Assembly (NCBI GenBank): GCA_001600815.1 | Contig: BCKZ01000035.1 | Span: 62,001 to 120,296 of the forward strand | DNA: 58,296 bases | Origin: Alloascoidea hylecoeti | Lineage: Eukaryota | Reading direction: 5' to 3' | Shown here: in pieces, positions 12,207-22,893 of the stretch | How positions within the stretch are numbered: the stretch's first letter is position 1 | How the letters are laid out: each line of letters starts with the position of its first letter | Translations under genes and position numbers: made by a program | The notes under the pieces: generated by a model | What the model was told of the DNA's origin: nothing | Database searches by the model: none | Seen by the model: only the letters and a program-made list of their open reading frames with translations

Positions 12207-12226
12207 CCTTCATTCTTTCGCTCATT
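12207..12226 (+). promoter_or_regulatory. Ssd1-type CNYT tandem array in 5' UTR of adhesin 2
   Basis: CCTT-CATT-CTTT-CGCT-CATT ending 9 nt before the ATG; matches the Ssd1 motif CNYUCNYU. Confidence 0.65.
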
Positions 12227-12235
12227 ACATTCCAA

Positions 12236-13558
12236 ATGAAATTCTTTTCTACGCTGGTCACTCTTTTTGCAAGTATATCAGTTGCAGTTGCAGCCGATGC
12301 AGGTACAATCGATTCAGACCAAGGAGTTTGCACTTACCAACCTTTCTGTCCCATTAAGATTTTTAAATTTTGTGCGGATGAAGTTAGAGCAGTCTCCGTT
12401 GATAAGCAATTCAATGTTCTTGGCCTCCTAGAAAAATTCGAGGTGACTTATAATGTTGATTTCACTGCTGATCCATATAAGAAAAAATCTATTAAAAAGG
12501 TTGTCGTTTTTGGAATTGGTCTTCCAAAAATTGTTTACAACTCATTATTAGGTACTAATTATATTGGTGATGATACAAATAACTTTAATGTTACATATAA
12601 AGAGACTACAATGGTTACTCCTCCTCTATTTGGCCAGACATGTGTTGCACCAGTTAAGATTGGAATTGAATACTGTGCTAAAAGTATTTTAGGTCTTTGT
12701 ATCTTCTACAAATTCAAATTTTATGAATCACCATTTACATGTTGGGATAATGACTGTAAGCCAGTGGCAGGTCCGGAACCAATTGCTACTTCAACCGTTA
12801 CAACAACTATGACCAACATTCCTGAAATCAGTACTGTAACTGAAACTGTTTCTCCTTCCGCCCCTGTGACAGTCACAACAGGTATCTCAGTTATAACAAC
12901 TACTGTATCATCATCTATTGTCCCAATTTCTACAACAGCTATCCCTGTCTCAACAAGTGTTGTTACTAGTACTTCCATTGTCTCAAGTTATATTTCTGTC
13001 ACTTCAACCTCTTCCACAGATACTGTTCCAACCTCTAGTTCAGACGAAGATACTAGAAGTACAACAATGACTATCACTATTCCATGTGCCAAATGTGAAG
13101 GTGGATTCACTGTTTATACTACTATTTCCTGTCCCACAGACACTCCTATCAATACTGTGACTATTCCTTGCACTAAAGCAGAATGTAATGGTGGTGTCGA
13201 ACCAGTTCCAACAGCTCCAGCAGTTCCAGTTTCTCCAGTTTCTCCAGATACTCCAGCAGTTCCAGATACTCCAGCAGTTCCAGCAGTTCCAGTTGCTCCA
13301 GCTTCTCCAGCTTCTCCAGATACTCCAGAAGTTCCAGCTGCACCAGCTACTCCAGATACTCCAACTTCAGTTGCTCCAAAAGTTCCAGAGATTCCAACTG
13401 TTGTAACCACTCCAGTCGTTTCAAGTGCTCCAACTGTTCCAGCGGCCCCAACTCTCCCATCTGTTGATGGTTCAAATGGATCTAATGCTCTTAAGCTATC
13501 ATTATTTAATCTGGCTGTTATCATTGGCAGTGCTCAATTATTAGTTTTGCTTATTTAA
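12236..13558 (+). CDS. GPI-anchored Flo11-like adhesin, paralogue 2 (440 aa)
   Basis: Same architecture as paralogue 1; one flocculin-type repeat; Pro/Ala-rich PDT/PAV repeats; GPI signal. Confidence 0.85.
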   Translation: MKFFSTLVTLFASISVAVAADAGTIDSDQGVCTYQPFCPIKIFKFCADEVRAVSVDKQFNVLGLLEKFEVTYNVDFTADPYKKKSIKKVVVFGIGLPKIVYNSLLGTNYIGDDTNNFNVTYKETTMVTPPLFGQTCVAPVKIGIEYCAKSILGLCIFYKFKFYESPFTCWDNDCKPVAGPEPIATSTVTTTMTNIPEISTVTETVSPSAPVTVTTGISVITTTVSSSIVPISTTAIPVSTSVVTSTSIVSSYISVTSTSSTDTVPTSSSDEDTRSTTMTITIPCAKCEGGFTVYTTISCPTDTPINTVTIPCTKAECNGGVEPVPTAPAVPVSPVSPDTPAVPDTPAVPAVPVAPASPASPDTPEVPAAPATPDTPTSVAPKVPEIPTVVTTPVVSSAPTVPAAPTLPSVDGSNGSNALKLSLFNLAVIIGSAQLLVLLI

Positions 13559-15762
13559 ATTTGAATTTAAATAAAAGAGCTTGATAATTATAATTAAGCC
13601 ACAGGAAACTTGTCATGCATATAAAATTCTAAAGCTTCTTAATTTTCTCAAATTCCACACTTGAATTTCTATTTTATATAATAATATTTTTTATTATATA
13701 TTCATTCTTTATATTTCTTCTTTTTTTTCCCCCGAAGTCCTCTTAAACTTTTGGTGATTTAATAATTAATTTTTCTTTATAATTTCAACTTAATTTCATG
13801 TTTTGGAATGAAAAATCTCTTTTATACTACTACCACTACTGCTACTACTGATTCTAAATCCTAATTAATATATAGGTAATATATTGGCATACCCCTAGCT
13901 TATTTCGGCTAAAAATTTAATATATTTTTTTCAAACAATTTTAATTGTATTTAATTTTATAATCTTTTATAATTAATGTTAATTTATCATATCTTAAATG
14001 TACTATATATGACTAGTACTAAGAGCGCTATAGAACTATTTATATGTGAGATTTTAATATACTTGCCTATAACAGCAAACTACAGCTAATATTTTTTACA
14101 AATCATAAATAATAGTGATCTATCAACCACGCGGTTAAGTTTGACCATTCCCCGGGTGTTCTCCAATATCTCATCCTTAAGGTATTGTAAAGTTAGTAGA
14201 CTAAAGTGAAATTAAGTTTTAAGCGCTCGCCCTTTTTGGAGGTGGATTTTCCCTTGGCGCAGAAAAGAAAAAGGAACATGGACTCTAACAATGTTAACAA
14301 AATGTATAGCTCGGTTCGTAAGTATGCTATATTTACTTTTTTTTAGCCTCTGGTTATTGGAGAATCCATTAAGTCCTTCAGAGGAATCCGAAGATAAGGA
14401 ATACAATAAGATGAAGGATGAACATGATTTCGAACCCCTATCTCATTCTCATTTACCGGAACATCATGATCATCAAACATCAATAATTAATATTGATCAT
14501 ATGTACCGTTCATATACAGTATGCCACCTGGTATATCGCTAATAGCTATGAATAGCAATTGATTCATATTATTTTTATTATTTTTATTATTATTCTTGCT
14601 TTCGTAGCTACTAAATAGAATAATGCTCAAAAGGGTGGTCTGATGGTTGTTGTGTTGAAGGTATCCTCCAAATAATTTAAGTTCCATATTACATTGACTA
14701 TGTAGTACTGCTAATTACAAATTAAACATGGTTGGCGCCAGGTGGAAAATTTATGCTAATAAACTTATTATTTTACAGACCACCAATAATCATCTAGATA
14801 ATTATAAAGTATAGCTAATAATCGTAATATTCCTTCACTGCAAATCCAATTGCGAATGATTCTTTCGCTGCAGCTCTGAAGAATTGGTAGTAATAGGATT
14901 AGGAGGGCGTAAATATACGAGTATGTATATGCATACACAATTTTAGGCTTACAGTTGCATTGGCAGATATTAAACTTGCCATTATAATTAGATATAAGAT
15001 ATCTTATACGGTGTTTCCACTTAATTTCAGTCGTAATAGGCTCGTAGGATTAATATCATAGTACCAGACTTAAATTGGCCATTACCGTTAATGGTCAATC
15101 ATGAAGAAGTGTGTAATGATTTTTTATCTTATCTTTAAGTTTGTTTATTTTAAATGATCAATCTCATCCTTAGATTTCCTTGTTATATAAATAAGGTAAA
15201 TATTACTTAAAAAAAAAATCTATAAAACAATTCACTCACGCATTTTAATTTTTATATCAATATTTATATTCAATAATAACAAACCGACTATCATGATATT
15301 TCTCATAATTATGCAACAATACCTATTTTACTTTTCAACAGTATCTCTTAATCAAGTGCCACAAATTACCTAAATACTAAAATTAAAGGTTAAATTAAAA
15401 TAATAATAATAAATATATCGTTAACGAAATAATGGGAGTTTTATTTTCCCCTCTTTTAAATGTTTAGTAGGAACAGTTTTTATATACCATTAATTTTAAA
15501 TTGTAATGATGGATACCCAGCACCCTATATTAGTCGGGTCTAGTAAACTAATGGCTAATCTCCCTTCTAATAATGAATATTGCCTGAAGTGCGCTCTCCA
15601 AGCCTACTAAATAAATAAATAATAATGACACTAATGATAGTATGGGCTGATCAAAAGTTTACCTACCACCAACAATATTAATTGACTTTTTAAAGATAAT
15701 AATGAAAAGTATAAGTGTTTAGTGGCAAACAGACTTTGGGACGTTTTCATTTTTTAATTCTA

Positions 15763-16074
15763 GTTTGTGTTAATGCTTGGCAGGCCATTCAAATATAAAC
15801 CTTTCTTCATTTGTATCGCGTACATAGGTAACCGAATGCCCGTATACTTCACTCATAGTTTCAGTTCTCGACTTAACTATGTAAAAATTATGTTTTATTT
15901 CTGGATTTCTTTAGGTTGTTTTTATTACCATATACAGTAAGTCTGTATTATTGCAGATTCAAATGCAGTACATGTACAAAGCCAAATATAGTATTTGCTT
16001 TACTATTATCAGCACGTATGCATGCACGGACAAATTAGCCGCCATCATAGTGAAATTTTAATTTTGATTGGGAT
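15763..16074 (-). repeat. 312-bp inverted repeat, copy B
   Basis: Reverse complement of 10823-11134. Confidence 0.97.
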
Positions 16075-18355
16075 CAAATAACACGTTTAAAAGCTTACCC
16101 AACCCTTCGGAGTATATATTAGCTCCACACTAATGAGCGCGACAGATAATTGTAATATAAGGGTATTGGTCACCTGAATGTCTATGCATATTCATGTAGC
16201 TATAGTACGGTACGAACATGTGTTGTAGTCTACTTAATTATGATATAATACCCATCCAATGTTCCAAACCCGTGCGTCTACACACGTGTAGACATATGAG
16301 CTGCAACTTATAGTGAATAAAAAAAAGTAGCAATATTACTTGAGTCACAAATTCATATGTGCATATTCAATTTTGTGCCCATAGCTCCACGACCATATAC
16401 TCTTGGTATTATTAATACTCCATCACTGCAGTGGTATTAAGCAATGGCATATACCTATAAGCTTAAGAGTTATAAATTCCGTTAATGCTACTAAAAGAAA
16501 TTGGTAAGCATAAGCTAATAATTAATATATATTATAGGTAAGAAACCCCAACAAACTTAGCGAATATTTATGGGTAAATTTTAGTGCTAGTGGCCGGTAG
16601 TCATACCGATAAATCTTCTATACTTTTAATAAGACGAATGCTATATTGAATTTTTTGTTTTTGATGATTATTGAGTTCATATGTAATATACACGATGAAG
16701 GCTTTTTACAACCAGCCATTCATACAATCCTTTAGATTAATATGATTCCCATTTTCAGCTTCTTATATTTAAATTTGTTTATAGCTACAATAAAAAGTAA
16801 AATATTTTCAACCATTCTAATCAACCTTTCTTTGCATTTGTTTGATGGCACTGATTTTATCAATTAGTTTGACTCCTTTAGAAGGCATCCAAAGTACTAA
16901 ATAAACTTTGGTTTGAAAGTTGATTGAAATGTTGTGTATGAAGTTTAATATAATACTATATAAGCTTAAGGTTATAGGTCTAGATCTAGAATCTCATCAA
17001 CCCTAAACGACCAATTCTAATGAGATAGCTAAAGAATATATACAATATTATAAATATATTTATATCTATGAGGTACCTTCTATTTTTATTTATGGTAATT
17101 GATTTTAAGCTGAGACTATTCTAGAACACCTTCACTTAGAATTAAGATATATAAAGGTGGATATCACAAGCCCGTGCATATTAAACATGTACTACATGCA
17201 TATTGGACTTCACAAAAACACTACTTATATCCAGATCTTATATAAAACTAGTTATAATTATATGTGATATAAATATTTAAATATAGACTAATCAATTGGA
17301 AAGCTTCAACAGATTAATCTTACTTATATGATTAGACAATAGTACATGACCAGAATCAGGTAGAAACCAAAACTTATAATTCAAGATATGCTTTAGATCA
17401 GCTCTTAATAATGTTAACTATGAGAAGAAATTCCAGATTTCAAACAGTGATATAGCGCTAGCAATATAAATGGATATCATATGCTTATAGTTATACATAT
17501 GATAATATTATGAATTGGTAGTTAAAGTTATTACTATATAGAAACTGTATATAAACGTATAGTATATGAGCTATAAATAATTTAATAATAGAAAAAAAAT
17601 TGGTCATAATAATAAGCTAATTAGCTTAAGCCGAAACAACAGTGCCTGATCAAGGAGTTTGTTAGCGTTGCTGATATTAGGGTCTAGTGCAACATGCAAT
17701 TTGTCGTTGCAGCCGGTAGCGACAGAATCTTTTAATGATAAATCAATCTATAAAGCGTTAATTTTGTAATTGAACTTGTAAGTCCTCTTGTAGCTTTAAT
17801 GATATCGATGTAGATGCGCAGTCCTGTAAAATGAATTGATCTAATTGCAATTCGATGATCAGGGCTAGTAGTTGAATGATATGAATATATAACATATAAA
17901 TTTATATATAGAAATTAATATGTATTAATATACCAATTAATGTAATAATGGCAACAATATTCAAGATTCTATAGTCAACATATCATCATATATGCATTAA
18001 TTTTTAAAATATCCATATTTGAGTTTGAATAATATACGACCTAAACTTAATTAACTTGCATATGAATAAACTTGGAAATCATCTGCGTATGGGTTGCTTT
18101 ACTATAGTTAGTTATATACATATAGAATTAGAATTAATACTAGTACACCTATAACTAAATATACCGCGACCGTGTTTATTATTGAATGAGGCGCGCTACA
18201 AATGTACCAAGTCTTGCAATTAGTTCATTGTATTGGATACATATCATATAAAATTGAATTGTTACATTTAAAAATTATAACGGGACAAAAAATACATATA
18301 TAAGGGACAAGAAATTCCATTTATTTCTTCTCATTAGATTACAGTAATTCACCTA

Positions 18356-18375
18356 CATTCATTCTTTCGCTCATT
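18356..18375 (+). promoter_or_regulatory. Ssd1-type CNYT tandem array in 5' UTR of adhesin 3
   Basis: CATT-CATT-CTTT-CGCT-CATT just upstream of ATG 18385. Confidence 0.65.
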
Positions 18376-18384
18376 ACATTCCAA

Positions 18385-19782
18385 ATGAAATTCTTTTCTA
18401 CACTTGTCACTCTTTTTGCAAGTATCTCAGTTGCAGTTGCAGCCGATGCAGGTACAATCGATTCAGACCAAGGAGTTTGCACTTACCAACCTTTCTGTCC
18501 CATTAAGATTTTTAAATTTTGTGCGGATGAAGTTAGAGCAGTCTCCGTTGATAAGCAATTCAATGTTCTTGGCCTCCTAGAAAAATTCGAGGTGACTTAT
18601 AATGTTGATTTCACTGCTGATCCATATAAGAAAAAATCTATTAAAAAGGTTGTCGTTTTTGGAATTGGTCTTCCAAAAATTGTTTACAACTCATTATTAG
18701 GTACTAATTATATTGGTGATGATACAAATAACTTTAATGTTACATATAAAGAGACTACAATGGTTACTCCTCCTCTATTTGGCCAGACATGTGTTGCACC
18801 AGTTAAGATTGGAATTGAATACTGTGCTAAAAGTATTTTAGGTCTTTGTATCTTCTACAAATTCAAATTTTATGAATCACCATTTACATGTTGGGATAAT
18901 GACTGTAAGCCAGTGGCAGGTCCGGAACCAATTGCTACTTCAACCGTTACAACAACTATGACCAACATTCCTGAAATCAGTACTGTAACTGAAACTGTTT
19001 CTCCTTCCGCCCCTGTGACAGTCACAACAGGTATCTCAGTTATAACAACTACTGTATCATCATCTATTGTCCCAATTTCTACAACAGCTATCCCTGTCTC
19101 AACAAGTGTTGTTACTAGTACTTCCATTGTCTCAAGTTATATTGCTGTCACTTCAACCTCTAGTTCAGAAATTGCAAGCGAAAGCACAACAATGACTATT
19201 ACTATTCCATGTGCCAAATGTGAAGGTGGATTCACTGTTTACACTACTATTTCCTGTCCCACAGATGTTCCAACCCCTAGTCCAGAAATTGCAAGCGAAA
19301 GCACAACAATGACTATTACTATTCCATGTGCCAAATGTGAAGGTGGATTCACTGTTTATACTACTGTTTCCTGTCCCACAGACACTCCTATCAATACTGT
19401 GACTATTCCTTGCACTAAAGCAGAATGTAATGGTGGTGTCGAACCAGTTCCAACAGCTCCAGCAGTTCCAGTATCTCCAGCACCTTGCACTGAAGAAAAA
19501 TGTAATGGTGGTTCTGAACCAGAAACTGAAGCTGATGTCACGGGTACTGTTGATATCACAAGTACCGTTCAAATAACCAGCTCAATCACCATTAAAGCTA
19601 CTATGACTATCCCTTGCACCGAAGCAGAATGTGCTGGTGGTGATAAACCAGTTCCAACTGTCCAAACTGCCCCAACTCTCTCATCTGTTGATGATTCAAA
19701 TGGATCTAATGCTCTTAAATTATCATTAGTTAACCTTGCTGCTATCATTGGTGGTGCTCAATTATTAGTTTTGCTCATTTAA
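18385..19782 (+). CDS. GPI-anchored Flo11-like adhesin, paralogue 3 (465 aa)
   Basis: First ~253 aa identical to paralogue 2; middle repeats as in paralogue 1; unique C-terminal repeat; GPI signal. Confidence 0.85.
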   Translation: MKFFSTLVTLFASISVAVAADAGTIDSDQGVCTYQPFCPIKIFKFCADEVRAVSVDKQFNVLGLLEKFEVTYNVDFTADPYKKKSIKKVVVFGIGLPKIVYNSLLGTNYIGDDTNNFNVTYKETTMVTPPLFGQTCVAPVKIGIEYCAKSILGLCIFYKFKFYESPFTCWDNDCKPVAGPEPIATSTVTTTMTNIPEISTVTETVSPSAPVTVTTGISVITTTVSSSIVPISTTAIPVSTSVVTSTSIVSSYIAVTSTSSSEIASESTTMTITIPCAKCEGGFTVYTTISCPTDVPTPSPEIASESTTMTITIPCAKCEGGFTVYTTVSCPTDTPINTVTIPCTKAECNGGVEPVPTAPAVPVSPAPCTEEKCNGGSEPETEADVTGTVDITSTVQITSSITIKATMTIPCTEAECAGGDKPVPTVQTAPTLSSVDDSNGSNALKLSLVNLAAIIGGAQLLVLLI

Positions 19783-20434
19783 ATTTAAAATTTAATAAAC
19801 GAGTTTGATAATTCAGCTACAAGAAATCTATCATACATACCAAATTCTAAAGCTTCTTCTTACCTTTTCACAAATTTCGTTTTTATCAAATTGAACTTTA
19901 TATTGTACATTTATTCTTTATATACCTCATGATTTTTGTCTTCCCCTAAATATTTTTGAAACTTTTGTGATCATACTGGATATTTTTTAATTTCAACTTG
20001 ATTTCATGTTTTTAATGGAAAACCCTTTTTTATATAATTAACTACAACAAATTTTAAATTTTAATTAATAGTTAGTAATATATTGTTATACCTCAATCTA
20101 TTTATTATCAATTTTTCTTAAAATTGTAATGTTGGATATAACTTGCATTAACTATAGTTTGTAGAAGCTCAACATGCTTGTTTGTTGAAATTCATATATT
20201 TTTGTAGTGGCAATTAAAATGTGATTTATAGATATAGAACATATATTCCCACTTCTATTAACTTTAGAATATGTTATACATGTATCGTCAGGTACGTAGA
20301 TACCGGATGGAACATAATTGATATTTTCAGCCACCATTTTCTTAACCAAAAACTAATATAAATTAAATTTAATACTATTACTAAAATGTATTTAATCTCG
20401 TAATTCTGATAATGGTCTTTCAATATACACTTTT

Positions 20435-21150
20435 TTTTGTTCCTTCTCCTCCTTGAGCTTCACAAACTCTTGCATAGTTTCATTTAGTTGTTTAATGTAA
20501 ATTTCTAAGCTCATTGTGGTGTAAGCGAATTTGAAGCGTTATAGGAAAATTATTAATCTATTCTCAGTTATCTTATTATAAGTGGAAATCATCTACTCTA
20601 TATATATGTAATTTATTTACCCCTCAAAAATAATGTAGATCTTCTAGTCAACCCAATACTCCTTCTTCACTAACACCAAAACGTCAATTAAAACTAATTG
20701 GTTTAGTGAACCTTAACTTCTGTAATGATTTCTTAAACACCAATTTAAGAAACAGGTTTAGAAATAACCGAGAAGAAAAACTTGCTCGTGTTGAGTCTGA
20801 AAATAATTATTCAGATTTTCTTACCAAACCTGTTTCTTAAATTGGTGTTTAAGAAATCATTACAGAAGTTAAGGTTCACTAAACCAATTAGTTTTAATTG
20901 ACGTTTTGGTGTTAGTGAAGAAGGAGTATTGGGTTGACTAGAAGATCTACATTATTTTTGAGGGGTAAATAAATTACATATATATAGAGTAGATGATTTC
21001 CACTTATAATAAGATAACTGAGAATAGATTAATAATTTTCCTATAACGCTTCAAATTCGCTTACACCACAATGAGTTTAGAAATTTACATTAAACAACTA
21101 AATGAAACTATGCAAGAGTTTGTGAAGCTCAAGGAGGAGAAGGAACAAAA
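20435..21150. repeat. Long palindrome: 325-bp arms (20435-20759, 20826-21150), 66-bp spacer
   Basis: Arms are reverse complements with a single mismatch seen (ctaagctc vs ctaaactc). Confidence 0.97.
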
Positions 21151-21446
21151 TGGTAGCGGCGCCGCCACGAGAGGCATCAGGTTCGAGTCCGCCGTAGGAC
21201 GGTAGCAGTCTAGTTGAGGCTTAGTAGGGTAACGCATAAATGGCCCGAAAGTAAAATGTCCGAGTCAGTCTGCAAGAAGTCCGAAACCCGCAAGATCACG
21301 GGGGTGAGCAGATATGGCGATTAGTAAAGTGACCTGCCTAAGGTTGGGGGGTGTGTTGGATATATATTACACTCTTAGAACAGTTCACTAAAGAGTCGAT
21401 TGGCTTTTTGGCGCAACTGGGAGAACAGGCACTTTGAACTTTAACA
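20435..21446 (+). mobile_element. Rearranged Ty1/copia retrotransposon remnant nested in the left TIR of the pogo element
   Basis: RNase H end motif ARVESENNYSDFLTKPV at 20760-20840; G-rich PPT (~21346-21353) followed by TGTTGG...TTAACA short LTR (21354-21446); flanked by 5-bp direct repeat ctttt (20430-20434 and 21447-21451). Confidence 0.8.
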
Positions 21447-22893
21447 CTTTTTGTGTTTTCTGTTGTGGAGTGAGATATTTTCTCCGACTTAGTGTATTCA
21501 GCTCAGCAGCACCAATCTCACGACAAGCATTTCTCTTCGTTATCTCAGGGGAATTATGTGTTATGAGTGCTTTCCCCTCTTAGAAGTCTTAACTCCACAC
21601 CGGATAGTTTTTAAGGGATCTTCAAGAATATTGGTGGATGTATTTGATAATAAATCACCCCCCAAGTCAATTCTTCCAAATACGAAATTCATCCTCCGAC
21701 GCATCATATGTTTTCAGCCTTTCCAACATCGTTTCATGAGCTTCGTTCACAAACGTTTCGGATTTGAATTCTCCCTCAAAATCTTCATATAAAATGAAAT
21801 GTTCTCTCGGATTTTTTCGTTTGTTCTTCCTCGTATTCTGCCACCCAAACTTCTCCAAGTTTCGATAAAATCTTCTCTGGCTCAAATAGACATATTCCGG
21901 TTGCCTTATAACCAGAACGAATATTTCTAGCTGTTATTGCATCAGATCTGGCCTTCTTATATACTTCAACGAATTCTCCTTTTTGTGCCCTATGATGTTG
22001 GGTTTATCTACTGGATTTCGTCATAGATGTTTTTCAACCTCTTTTTAAGATGACCAAAACAAGAGACGTCTAAGACCTGCGTCGATTGGCTGGTGTGAGC
22101 AGGCAATATAAAGAGTCGAATATCATCTTCAATACATTCCATCACTAGGTTAAATGAAATATGACTAGAATGGCTGGTAATAATTCTTCAAATCACCCTA
22201 TTTCTCACACCTTACTACAGTAGATTCCATAAAAAATACTTCTACTATATCATATGAACTTCGGCGCATCTGATGATACCTGAATATAAAATTTCCAACT
22301 AATAATGACTGCTGAAAAATGGTGTTAAAGAACTGTGCTGAGCTATTAATTATAAATACTCGAAGTCGGAGAAAAAATCACACTCCACAACAGAAAACAC
22401 AAAAATTGTATATTGAAAAATCATTATCAGAATTACGAGATTAAATACATTTTAGTAGTAAATTTAATTTATATTAGTTTTTGGTTAAGAAAATGGTGGT
22501 TGAAAATATCAATTGTTGTGTCCGGAATCCTAGTACCGTCCGATATCTACAGACCTGACGGTGTAGTGAGATAATGGAAAGTAAGTAAATCGTCGAATAC
22601 CTATTAAAACAGAATAATATCACTCCATTTTTCTACAATCTAACTCTTTTCTTATGAGCTACACAAGTATACGTATATGCCTAGTTCTGAAATTCCGTAT
22701 TGAAGAAATATTTAAAGGAAGAAAAACAATTTCCCGTCTACACTGTAAACGACTATTTCCTTTGAATAAACAATAATTTTTGGTTGTGTATATGCACTTT
22801 GTAGGGCCGGGTAATTGTAAGTCATGTGGTAAAATCGATATCGCGATCGTTACATTTCAGATACATTTTGATCAACGAGTTATTAGCAATATA

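Larger units (their letters stand above)
20285..22561 (-). mobile_element. Internally deleted pogo/Fot1-type (DDE_1) DNA transposon with long TIRs
   Basis: Termini cgtcagg.../...cctgacg; left TIR 20286-20434 plus 21447-21510 mirrors right TIR ~22335-22560; minus-strand transposase remnants SHSSHISFNLVMECIEDDIRLFILPAHTSQSTQVLDVSCFGHLKK (22045-22175) and FVEVYKKARSDAITARNIRSGYKATGI (21890-21975). Confidence 0.9.

Noticed and set aside
13200..13400. Short regularly spaced repeats as a CRISPR-like array
   Set aside because: Coding Pro-X-X repeats with no unique spacers; eukaryotic context
21140..21200. tRNA gene around GGTTCGAGTCC
   Set aside because: No acceptor stem or complete cloverleaf could be built
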